A stretch of DNA of 64,000 nt from Pseudogymnoascus verrucosus (Eukaryota), in NCBI GenBank assembly GCA_001662655.1, contig KV460211.1; one strand, written 5' to 3'. Position 1 is the first letter of the stretch, and every line of letters starts with the position of its first letter. The notes under the pieces are model-generated. The model worked only from the letters and a program-made list of their open reading frames with translations, ran no database searches and had not been told where the DNA came from. Below are positions 12,922 to 24,011 of the stretch, one piece after another. The position numbers were made by a program, and so were the translations under genes.

Positions 12922-13502
12922 TGTTGTATGTTGATGGAGTGAGAATTAGAACTTGAAGATTTGACGAAGTTGAATAATTACACACGCCAACACACCACTG
13001 AAATCGGCTGTAACATTAAGTCTATGTGCAACGAGCCATATTTGGAGATCTACCCCGCTCTAAAAAGGAGAGTCAGCTTACAAGTTCACATTGGCTGTTC
13101 ACATTGACTTGTGTTCTACGTTCTTCATGTATAGTATCTGCACGATCTTCTCGATGAATGTTCATAAACGGCCCAAGGAAGCGACTAGTTCTGGGTGATG
13201 CCATAGATTTTATAACTAAGCTCATTTACCCCTCGTTTTCACATGTGCGATTAAATCGTTCTTCGATGTCCTGGGGAAAATATTATACCTTGACTTTCGA
13301 CTATATCTCATTTCATCATGATGTTGGTGCAGAAATGTAGCAACACTACCCCTTTCCTCAATGCCTTCAGCAGCCCCTAGCTCAACACTAGTATTTTTCT
13401 ATTTCCTTTTATTTCGTCTACATATTTCCGATAGCAATCCGAGGTGATAAGAACTTTGACCAATTTCCCTTCACTATTAACAAACGGCGAGGAAATATCA
13501 GA

Positions 13503-14038
13503 CTTTGGTCTACGGATCCTGAAACCGAGGATTTCGATACTGAGGCTTTCTGAGGCTCCTCTGAGTCTGCTGTCCTCCCTTACGACACAGTCATCTCCCG
13601 CATCGAGGCCCGACCCGCCGACCTCCAACGCTACCAGCCCGTCAGTCACCTTGAAGATATTTAAGTAACCAAATACGACATTAGCAACCACTTTCGGTCC
13701 TACTTTGACTGGTTTTCGGGTATGGCAAACCGGCGAATCTCGACGATCTTCGCCTGCCTTGAATGTGCTGACTGTGTCGGAGGTGCTACGCAGTTTCTTG
13801 AGCCTGTTGGTAGGTTCTCTGCCAAATGGTGTAAGTTCATCGACTGCAAAGATGACCCTGGACCTGGGGACGTTGCATTCCACGCCCTGGTGGAAAATGC
13901 GGTGTTCTGATCAGCTGGTCAAACTTGTTTCGAAATCGCACCAGACGCCCTTCAGGAATGTCGGTCAAGAAGGGAAGGAAGATTGCCTTGAATTTTTTTA
14001 CTGGGCACAACGTTGCATATCCCATTGAGGAAAAGTGA
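13503..14038 (+). pseudogene. Prolyl 4-hydroxylase-like 2OG-Fe(II) dioxygenase pseudogene
   Basis: Manual translation: F*GSSESAVLPYDTVISRIEARPADLQRYQPVSHLEDI*VTKYDISNHFRSYFDWF...NRRISTIFACLECADCVGGATQF...KWCKFIDC...VAFHALVENAVF*. After a frameshift near 13955 it continues GMSVKKGRKIALNFFT. Stops at 13551, 13662 and 13908. The HxD motif reads YxD. 5' exons not resolved. Confidence 0.75.
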
Positions 14039-14866
14039 CCGAAAGTAACCGAAGAATATATTTTGAATGCAGGATCATAAAATACAACCTCCTGAGAGCT
14101 GAAATATCTTGTCATGCAATTTCTGTTCTGTATGATGGCGGCTCAGAGCTAATAGGAAGGGTTTCACTACTGGGCAGGCGAGCTAGGTAATTATCGACCA
14201 CCTATTTCATGGGTTGCTCCGAGGTAAAACTGATGCAGAAAATGTCAAAGAATAAGACACATGCAAACCTTATGCCGAGTAAATAGACTGCAATGGTGCC
14301 TCATCTTTAAAATATAGCCTGATTAAGGATCCCGAGAAAGATGTAGCCATACATCCAACTTATAGCTCTTGATACATCTTATCCTTAATGGGAGTGGAGT
14401 GACGCCGTTGGAAGACGAGATAGGAAAGTATGTCAGATCGTGTAAGTCACAGTGTAGCTTGGGAAATGCCCGAGACAACAAATAGTGATCACGATGAAAA
14501 CTATAACCGCCTAGAACTCAGGTTCTTTTGCTCCGTTTATTAGCTACCTATCATAGCGATAGCCTCATTCCAAATCCATAACAACTGTGATGATGACTGC
14601 AGAATCACAAAATAGGAAGCTCAATACCTCGTAGCACAACCAAGGGTAATACGACCGACGATGCACCTCACATACCCGACTCTATTCGTATTACACGATC
14701 CGACGTTAAAGCCAAGCTCCTCTTTCTGTTTTTCAGAAAACGCTTTCTTCTCACGTCCAAACATTAGTTCTCAAAGTCTACGGTATGCTACTTTTCCTGA
14801 CGCTATTCTAATCACGCAAGATCGATTATTCAATAAACTAACATCACTAGATCTACACTATTCACC

Positions 14867-15205
14867 ATGAAATTCTCATCTTATTTCACTGCTGGAGTTC
14901 TTTTGTTCCCAGCTCTCATTTCTGCTGCACCCACCATTGATGGCGGAATACAGAATCGTGAGAAAGCAGCCGCGCCTGCGACGCCCGCCGTCTGGTCGGC
15001 GTCTGGCAAGAAGCGCAGTCCTGTTGAGGAGGCGGCGCCTGCCCCCTCAGCAGTCTGGTCGGCAGAGAAGCGAAATGTTGTTGAGGAGGCAGCTGAACCC
15101 CCGACGGCCTACGTCTGGACTGCCCCTAACAAAGAGAAGCGGAACGCTGCTGAAGAAGCAGACGTACCCGTCCCGGCGGCTGGTTGGACTGGCTCTAACA
15201 AGTAG
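14867..15205 (+). CDS. Secreted Kex2-processed repeat protein (KEP), putative dikaritin-type RiPP precursor
   Basis: Signal peptide MKFSSYFTAGVLLFPALISA, then four units: EKAAAPATPAVWSASGKKR / SPVEEAAPAPSAVWSAEKR / NVVEEAAEPPTAYVWTAPNKEKR / NAAEEADVPVPAAGWTGSNK. Lies about 2 kb from the DUF3328 gene. Confidence 0.85.
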   Translation: MKFSSYFTAGVLLFPALISAAPTIDGGIQNREKAAAPATPAVWSASGKKRSPVEEAAPAPSAVWSAEKRNVVEEAAEPPTAYVWTAPNKEKRNAAEEADVPVPAAGWTGSNK

Positions 15206-15579
15206 AAGCGTGACGACTAATGATGTCCCTGTCTACGTTGGGGCCTCAATGGGAGAGTAGAAATGCAAGAGTTAAGTTGTGAGCAGTTATATAGCTACCA
15301 TTCAAGCTTTTAGCAAAACATGAATAGTTTCACTGGCACTACCATTTATCCACCCATTTATAAAGTTCTCACACATAATATTCAAGCTGGCGCTTCTATT
15401 GCTGCCCTTTTTTGACATTGTAGCTCAATCATTATGCTGCGCAGTATTTCCAAATGTTTGATTCGCCTCTGTCCAATCTGGTTGAAATTCAAACTTGCTT
15501 CTATCGTAACTTAAATAGTGCGGCTAAAACGCACAAGTCAGACATACCAGAGGCAGGCTGAATGCCACATCGTACTTTT

Positions 15580-18031
15580 TCACAATGCATGGTGTGCTTG
15601 CAAAGAAAGCTTGGATTGTAGATCCGCATCATCAGAGCTCGAGCCAACCCAGAAAGTGTAAGTGTCTGCATCGACGTGCTTCTTTCCATTGACGTAGTAG
15701 CCCAGTTCTTCTACGGGAATCGTGAAGGAGACTTGCTGAGAGGCGCCTGGCTCAAGATTGATCTTCGTGAACCGAATGAGATTCTTGATAGGTCGTTCAA
15801 TTACCAGAAATGCCTGTCCAAAATAAACCTGTACGACTTCTTGTCCGGCAACGCTTCCAGTGTTTTTGACTGTGGTGCTGACGACGATATTGCCTGAGGT
15901 GCTTGTGTAATTCGACACCTGAACGTTTGAGTAGCTGAAGGTTGTGTAACTCAGTCCAAAGCCAAAGGGGTATCGTGCTGTGCTGTTGAGTACTGGCCAT
16001 TGCCAGTCAGTGGGCGTACATATTCCAGCCTTGCGATTTGTTGGCAAATAGTTGTAGTATATAGGCGTGGCCCCAGAATACTTTGGTATAGAGACAGTCA
16101 GCTTGCCACTTGGATTTGTCGCCCCAGTAATCAACGATGCCACTGCTTCGCCTCCTAAGTCGCCTTGCAAGAATGTGTGGATAATGACATTGGAGTTCGC
16201 AACAGCGTATTCCATTTCAACGGCCTGCCCTCCACTAATGATGACAATAATAGGCACACCAGTCGCTGCAATAGCTTTGTGCAGTTGAAGCTGAGGTCCA
16301 GGGAAACCAAGATCAGCATGGTCATAGAACTCCCCATCAGTACGAACGTCGCCAATATTATCGAGATTAGAAGATGATGATCTAAGGACTAGGACCACCA
16401 ACTCCGCAGCCTCGGCAGTTTTCACGGCATCTGCTATCATTGCATCGACATTCGTATCATTGTTGACAAAGCAGCCCCTTGAAAACGTAACTTCTTTTGC
16501 AATACCCTCAATTCCACGTAAAACAGCGCTGCCTATGAGATAGTCATCGGCTGCATATGACCCGGCGTTGATATATGTCGCAAGGGGGCCAATGACCGCA
16601 ACTTTGGACAAGAGGTTTCCAGTGGTTTTGATGGGCAGGATGCCATCATTTTTCAGGAGAACCATCGACTCTTTGGATATATTGAGGTTGAGTGGTAGAT
16701 GAGCTGGGGATCGTACTTTGCCGTTGATTTGCGCCAAGTCCGGAAGAGGGTTCTCAAACAGCCCGGTTTTGAACTTCAGAGTCAACATACGACGGGCAGC
16801 AGTCTTAACGAGGCTGGCAACTCTAGGATCATTTCCAAGCGTTGCTAGTGTTCCGAAGCTTGATGTCCCGCCAATCTCGTGGCCGATGCTCGCCTCCAAT
16901 GCCTGTATGCCGGCTGTTTGGATATCCTTGGCGGTTTTATGGAGATCATGGAGGAAAGACATTGCTGAGTCGTCTGAGGTGGCAACTCCATCCCATCCTA
17001 GCTCATCTCTCAAGAAAAGATTGGTGTATGCGACGTTTGATGTCATTGGGACGCCATCGTAAGATGAGTAGGATGGCATTAGAGCAGCTGGATTCGCCTC
17101 TTTAATAACAGCTTGGAAAGGTACTGAGTATATATTATAGAAGTCGTTGATACCACCAACCATAGGAGCGAGGTTGATACCTGCTGTGCTGCTTCCATAG
17201 ATAAAGTGTTTTATAGTGGTTGCAACACGGAGAGTTCCATTGGCATCTGGGGCTTGCATGTTTTTAACGTGCGCCACTCCAAACCGTGAAACCAAGTAAG
17301 GATCCTGAAAAATAGTGGTAGATTAGTTTATGTATACAAACAGACATGTATTGATCTCGATACTTACCTCGCCATACATCTCTCCCACACGCCCGAACTT
17401 TGGTTCCCGTGCTAGATCAAGCTCAGGACTATAGACCCATCGCACACCAAGCACGCGGTTTTCAAGTGAAATCGCATTGACGACCTCGGAGAATAGTGGA
17501 ATATTCCATGAAGAGGACATGCTTAGAGACGCCAGAAATAATGTAGTGTTCCAAAGTGTTGGTCCATTGACCGAATCTCCAACAGTGATCACTGGAATGT
17601 GAAATCGATTGAGTTTGGTTGTATTGGCAATGACGGCACTCATAACCTTTGCAGATAGATAGCAGTTTGTAGAATAAGTCCCGAATGCTAATCCCAACGT
17701 GTTAGTAATCATGAGGTCTTATCATGCGAGAAATAGTCTTACAAGCTGATGACCCCCCATAAGGTGCATTCAAAGTCTCCAAAAAAGTGTAGTTATATGA
17801 CGCCTCGTAGCCCAAGACTCCACCATAGCTTCTGGTCTGAGCGAGTTGTTCCAGATAGTTCATTCGAGACAGGAGATCTTTGACTCTTGCAGATACGGGC
17901 AGTTTCGGGTTGAGATATAGAGCATTTGATGTCACTTTGTCTACAGCTGACGCTGCTGCAGGCTCAGCATTGGCACCGAAAGAGCTTACTGACAACCACA
18001 AGAGAAGAAGCATCTTCAATGCAGAAAGCAT
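15580..18031 (-). CDS. Secreted GH3 beta-glucosidase/beta-xylosidase with Fn3-like C-terminal domain (3 exons)
   Basis: Signal peptide; SPELDLAREPKFGRVGEMYGEDP; ATTIKHF; nucleophile region ATSDD; NPSGKL; YPFGFGLSYTTF; GQEVVQVY. Introns 17742-17688 and ~17368-17305 keep the frame. Confidence 0.92.
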
Positions 18032-19203
18032 CTTGAAGCAGACTTCGGGATTGTACGATTCACGTCAAAATGTTGAGATCTATACCTCGCTCATCATGGA
18101 CGTGGCCTTTTCTTATATAGTCAAGGAAATACCTGCATGGCGCGACCAGGTCTATGATCGACGTCCAGGCTTTATTCGATTATACCCTGGGGGAACTGAT
18201 CACCCGCAATTATTCCTCGTCTGGACTGCATTCCAAGGAGGAATAGTTCAAGGGGATCAGAGCAGGAAAGACTCTTTGACAGCCGGGCCTCTCCTTCGGC
18301 ACAGTTGAAACCGAAGAGCGTTCAACAATTACAAGATAGGCAAACCATCGTCGACCATATCCTAACTCCAGCCGAGATTTGTCAGTCTCTACCTAGAGTG
18401 GCCCTATTCTAGTCAAGATGTAGCATCTGGCATTCCTTCAACTGTGGCGAGTGCACCTCAGCGACTCATGAGACATCTCTCGTAAAATCGGGTCAAAGAC
18501 GATCTTTCCACTGAAGGGTCTTTACCACCGACGACCCCGCATGGGCCCCCGCATGAGAGATTATCATGAAGTGATCTCGGCGTAATTCATGTAAACATAG
18601 CTTGAGAACTCTATTTTGACAGGTCAGGTCCGTGCTTTCCAGAGTTGTAGGTTTGATCGGAGCCAGCTCACCCCCTTTCGATGTTACTAGTGGCTCTCGT
18701 ACCGCGAGTGGGCCGGTACGAAGACCGGCGTACGTCAACTGTATATTGTGGGGTTGTTATTATAGTGCGACATGGATAAGGCTGGGGCCGGACATGTTCG
18801 CGGGGTATTTTTAGCTCTTTCAATCATTATTTATTTATATTTTTTGATATGCATATTGAACGTCCTAGGCTAGCTAAAACCTGTCAACAAATATTTAATT
18901 GCAAGGTCTTTTCCCCGGAATCAAACAATTATTATCAACTAACCTCCTCGTCTAATTATTTTTAAGTTGAAGCCAGAATGAAATTGTTCACATGGGACAA
19001 AGCAGAAATTTGAGAATAGAATAAAATAATATATTCGTACACATAAATCCCTATACAATGCAATATAAATACAAGCAGAAACACAAACAGAAACACAAAC
19101 AAGTACAATGAAAAACTATTCTCATCCGTCAACCATCCAATCCATCAGCCATCCAATCCATCGATCATCTCATCCACCGACCATCTCATCCATTGACCAC
19201 ATC

Positions 19204-19820
19204 TCACATAAGAAGATTGAACAACATCCCAATACAGACAATTTCTGCCAACACCGCAAGTATGTTGGTCCGATTCGACGCCGCTGCAGACAAAGACGGG
19301 ATTGGCGCCTGTGTCCTGACAGGCGTATAAGTCTGCCATGTCACTGATGAATTGACCACGATTGTTGGGCCCTGTGTAGTTCCAGTTGCAGGCGCTGTTG
19401 CAGTCGCCGTGTTGTCTATATTGCAGGAAAACATTATGATTAGCAACGGCTTCCCCACTGCCAAGGGTCGACACGAATAAACATACCAGCTGGCACTGAC
19501 AAGAGGTGACAGTAGTTGTCAAAGACAGAAAGGGCACTCGCGGCAGCCTCTTGAGGGCTATCAGTGCAGCGCGACGCCACGGCGGTGCCGATAACCCTGT
19601 CGAATTTTGCAGAACTGGAGACGCAGAAGCAGCCGTATGATGTTGTCTGGTGGTTGTCGCCACAGCCCGAAACCATATTCCGAACAATTGTGCTCAGGGG
19701 AACCTCAGCACACGCAGGTAGTTGGGAGTATTCGGGGACTTGATTGATGTAGACCTTTTGACAGAGCGCAACCTGCGCTACTGATGTCAAGTAGATGGCG
19801 ATGAAGAGAGAGGGCCTCAT
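19204..19820 (-). CDS. Small secreted Cys-rich, probably GPI-anchored protein (CFEM-like), 2 exons
   Basis: Signal peptide, six-Cys domain (LPACA...CG...CFC...RC...FDNYC), intron 19486-19416, Thr/Ala-rich stalk and hydrophobic C-terminus (ILAVLAEIVCIGMLFNLLM). Confidence 0.75.
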
Positions 19821-20247
19821 TTTAGCGTGCAAGGTAATATGGAGAGAATGGTGATGGAAACAGCCACGATGTGGATAAGTGTGTTTTGTTTATCACTTGC
19901 GAGAAGATCGGCAGGACTGGATCTATCGTTGCGTTTATACAATTCATCATCAGAAACTAAGCGCCAGCCTTGTGGTATTGCTTTCATAAAACTGCTGGTT
20001 GCTCGGTTCAATCCAGGATATACCTCGATCTGAGACATCGGGAAGGAAATAGAGCCGTACAAAATAATCGGAAAGGTCCACGCGCTGGTTCTACGGAATA
20101 AAATTAGACACAAACTTTCCCGATTCGACATGTTCCATCTTAGCTTTATGCAGGTTCCCGTCCGCATCCTTTTTGGTATCCATTAGGAGGCAGCACTCGC
20201 TACACAAAAACGCCTCTTAAGTAAAATGGTAAAACTGATTCGCAGAA

Positions 20248-20586
20248 ATGCTCACCGGTTCGGCCCAGCGGCGTACTTACCAGACATCTATCTAAGAAGC
20301 ACACCTACCAAACCAGCTGCAGCCGCCGGCGCTCCTCGGAATTTGGGATGTGGACGATGCTCACCGGTTTAGCCCATAAGAATACCCACCACGCGTCTGT
20401 CTACCAAACCAGACGTAGCCGCCAGCTGCCAGCAGCACGCCTCCTAATTTGAGATCTGGCCCTTCAACGATACTCACCGGTTCAGCCCAGCGGACAATCC
20501 ACCAGACATCAGTCGAGCAAGCACACCTACCAAATTAACCGTAGACGTTAGCTGCCCTCGGAGTTGGGAATCTGAATTTTCAACGA
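20248..20586. repeat. Three diverged tandem repeats of about 110 bp
   Basis: Units begin AT(G/A)CTCACCGGTT(C/T)(G/A)GCCCA at ~20248, 20357 and 20471, and share CTACCAAA and (A/G)(A/G)TT(T)GGGA/GAGATCTG blocks. Confidence 0.75.
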
Positions 20587-20746
20587 AGTTGATTTAGTCT
20601 CTATAGACACGCACATCTCGAATATACAAACAAGGTGATCTCACTCACCCTTTGGATGGTAGATTTTGCAGCTCTCTTAATCTCACATGCCCACTTTATA
20701 AATCAGTTCTGTGGCCTCGTTCAGTCATTTTGTTTTTTTATAAAAA

Positions 20747-22175
20747 ATGCCTATCTACCAGCTAGGACCGCTGTCACAGTCTTCTCCATGGACGCAGTTA
20801 TATTCTTCTCCATCAGCGCCGTCACATACAGCGCCGGTAATATTTCCCCCGCCTAGGGGCGTTCTGTGGTTGACTTTGAGTTGGGTCGCATGGATAGTGC
20901 CTACTGTGGTATTATTCAATTGGGCAACCCCTGTTACTCGGACTGCCATTGTATGCATCTGGGTGCCGTTCTTTCTCGTTCTCGTCCTGTTATTATTTGG
21001 CTTTGGTAACTCTCATCAACCCGCCAGTTTCTAGACACGCGCACGCTAACTATTGACAAATATCACAGACAAAAACATCCCATGTGCCGACAGAATTGCC
21101 AAATTACCCAAAAAGTTTCTGAGGGGACATCAGTATAACTATAATCTTGGTAACACCGTCCTTACATTGACCATCTCCGCACTGGTTCTCCCGTGGCTCT
21201 ACTATAAGCTTTGGTATCCGAACCGCACCAAAAGCGTCATAATCTCAGACCAGGACACTGTTGTACGTGTATCCCCATACTACAGTTTAATCTACGGCCA
21301 GTCACACTCACATCTTATCAGGAAAGCGTGTACTTCCCTTCCCTCACCCTCTTCCAGCGCGCGGACTGGACTTCCCAAGCAAACCTCGATGTATCCGTGC
21401 CAGGGAAATGCTTTCTGGGCTGGTACGACGAAAGTGCGCCCGATTGCAGTGATGTGGAGCCAGGAGTAACACCCTGCCAATGTGCCGGGAGCTGGGACGA
21501 GAAAGTCACGGATTTTCAATGGCACAATACAAGCTATCGCGCCCTGACACTGACGTCGAATTCGTCTATGATGTCCAAAGTCCCAACAACACAGATGATA
21601 GCGCAGGCTTTTTTCAATTGCAAGTCGTACCAAAACCCCCGTCATATCAAACGATTACGGCTAACCGTAACGAAACAGATGACTCCTCAAAAGCCCTCAG
21701 CGACTCATCGATGCTCTTGTCGCCAAGCTTATGGATCGCCATCTACGATCCAACATTAGACCTGGCATCTGCTCTCGAAAACGGATACACCCGCATGGTC
21801 CTAATCAACGCCAACGGCTTGACAGCCATCAACCTCGGTCTCAACCGCAGACAGGCACCAAATACATCGCCCGCATATGATTATAAGCTTTCCGTATCGA
21901 CCATCCCAGCTGCTGGAGTCAACTGTGGCGCCACATCAACAGGGAGTACAGCGCCGTGTCATATTAGTCTCTTTCTCCAGTTCCCGAGTTTCGATAGACA
22001 GAACTCTCGGCTGGGCGTGGAGATGAAGTGGGAGGTGAATTGCACTCTGTCTTCTTGCTTTTGTGGAGAATGTTTTGCTAACACGGCGTTTAGGAAGTAA
22101 TAGCCGCGGCTGGCTCGTGGTTTTCTCTCTTCCAGATTGCGGGTTGGATTTTCTCGGGTTTGGCTTTTCATACTG
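20747..22175 (+). CDS. Hypothetical multi-exon membrane protein
   Basis: Coding-like segments (20747-21034, 21053-21265, ~21320-21620, ~21680-22035) with TM helices, a Cys-containing lumenal region and GT/CTAAC/AG signals. No family recognised. Confidence 0.5.
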
Positions 22176-22319
22176 GTTAGAAGGGTGGAGTTATGTGAGG
22201 GGCGTTGGTCTGTTTGGAGACTGTTGATGATGTATAGAATGAATTGTAACAATACCGCATATAACGTGCTTTTATGTAAAATATATTTCATTCAAATTAC
22301 GATAACTAAAATGTCATAA

Positions 22320-23328
22320 TTGCCCCCAAGAGTTTCCAAATGTCTGCTCTGCGACCTAGTATACTCCTCATCGGGGGTTCGCAAATCTTCCCCTCCCTCA
22401 ATCTCGCAACTAATCCATCCATATCCCACAACCTTTAGCTCGAGATATTTAATAGCCGCTCTGAACCATGTGGTTGACCACACTCTCAACAGCGTAATTT
22501 GCATCTACAGGTTTGACCCCATCGCCGTAATGGCCAATCACAATTCCCTGTTTAGTCTTGACGATGACTATTCCCTCCTTGTCCTATATTGCAACCCCAG
22601 TCAGCTCTTGCATATCCCCGAACTATTCGACCACAAAGATTTCAATTTCAAAAACAGAATAAAGATAGTTGATGGAGGGCAAATCCTACTTTTCGTCCAT
22701 AAAAACGTCCATCGGCCTTGGAAACATCGAATCGCTCGCCGGCGACGTAAATTCCCTCAGCGCACGCCTTGTCTGCTGCCTCGCCGCCTCAAAGGGCTGC
22801 GGCAATCTTCTGCAGCTCGGCTTGTTGGATCTATTAAAATGAATATTAGTAACGCGCTCATGACGCTCATGATATATCTCTTCTTGGTTGTATATCAATA
22901 TGAAGCATTGTAGTTGTTTTTGAGTCTCTTTGGGAGGGGGAAGAGGTGCCTTGCCACCATCTCCATATGAATGGATACAACAAAACATTCCATAGTTCGT
23001 GATGGCGACGAGCGAACGAGATACAAGAAGCAGGACGGGGCAAGCAGATATACAGCAAACCCGGGTGTGATAGCCCAAATGGCTTCACCAGATGCGTTGG
23101 TGATGGCGGCTTTATCTAAGTGGCTAGATCCAACAAGGCTTACATATCGTCAGTAACATGTTCTCCTCGTCTCCAAATCGTTAGATCGCAAACCTGGTAT
23201 CGACGTAACCTATAAGACGTCTGGTTAGCCTCTAGTTGCGGGAGGGAGCCCTTTAGCTTCGGGAACCAACGCCACGGGAAGAGTGGGGGGGGAGGAGGGG
23301 GGGATGCCGTACTTTGAAATGCCGACAT
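22320..23328 (-). CDS. Hypothetical protein, possibly multi-exon or decayed
   Basis: Several partial minus-strand ORFs of coding-like composition. A continuous frame could not be established. Confidence 0.25.
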
Positions 23329-24011
23329 TTTTGGAAATTGTAGTAGAGGTGCGAATAATATGAATGTTTGCCCGTAGATGATAAAAGGTATTGAGAGCGT
23401 GGAATGAGCTCGAAGTAAAATAGAGTAATATAATCAATTGAATTGCTAACTAATCTACGAGCATACGTATGCTATTTGTAGAGGGGAAACCTCAGAACCC
23501 CGAAGAATCGGGCGTTTATAGACCAAGCTGAAAGCGAGACATAGGGCTGACGCCATGAGTCGATCAACTCGTGGACCAACCGGGGAGCTTGACAATCCCT
23601 CAGGGAAAACTTGTCATTTTGAGCATAAAAGCGCAGCGTATCATATGGGATTGCCGGTTTCCCCCAACAGGTTTATAGACAAAACAACAACATCGAAACA
23701 ACATACCGCGTTAGACTACTGCACCAGTGAGGCAAGATAATAGGCGAAGACATTTAATTTATATCCCACCAATCCCATCGGCCAAATTTAATAATACAGC
23801 TCTATGGAGTAGAAACCGGAAAGGCATCTGATTACTACGTTGCTCTCTGAATATGCACGCTCTCCCACAAGCATAGAAGAACATCACCTTTTCCCCCAAA
23901 ATAAAAAACAACTATTATCAACCAGCCTACCCATCTAATTATCTAATTCTACCCCCCCCACCGCCCCTTCCCCAATCCCTTTCCCCTTCCCCCTCCCCGT
24001 CACCCCCCCAA

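Noticed and set aside
13503..14038. RIP as the cause of P4H decay
   Set aside because: Two inferred changes are CpA>TpA, but others have different contexts and there is an indel. No duplicate copy is visible, so ordinary decay explains it equally well.
13377..14115. Minus-strand ORFs of 168 aa and 92 aa as real genes
   Set aside because: They have no motifs and are antisense shadows of the plus-strand P4H relic.
14867..15205. Alpha-factor-like mating pheromone precursor (ppg1)
   Set aside because: It shares the signal + KR repeat architecture, but Pezizomycotina alpha pheromones are near-identical Cys-containing repeats (WCxxxGxxCW-like). These cores have no Cys, are divergent, and sit beside DUF3328.
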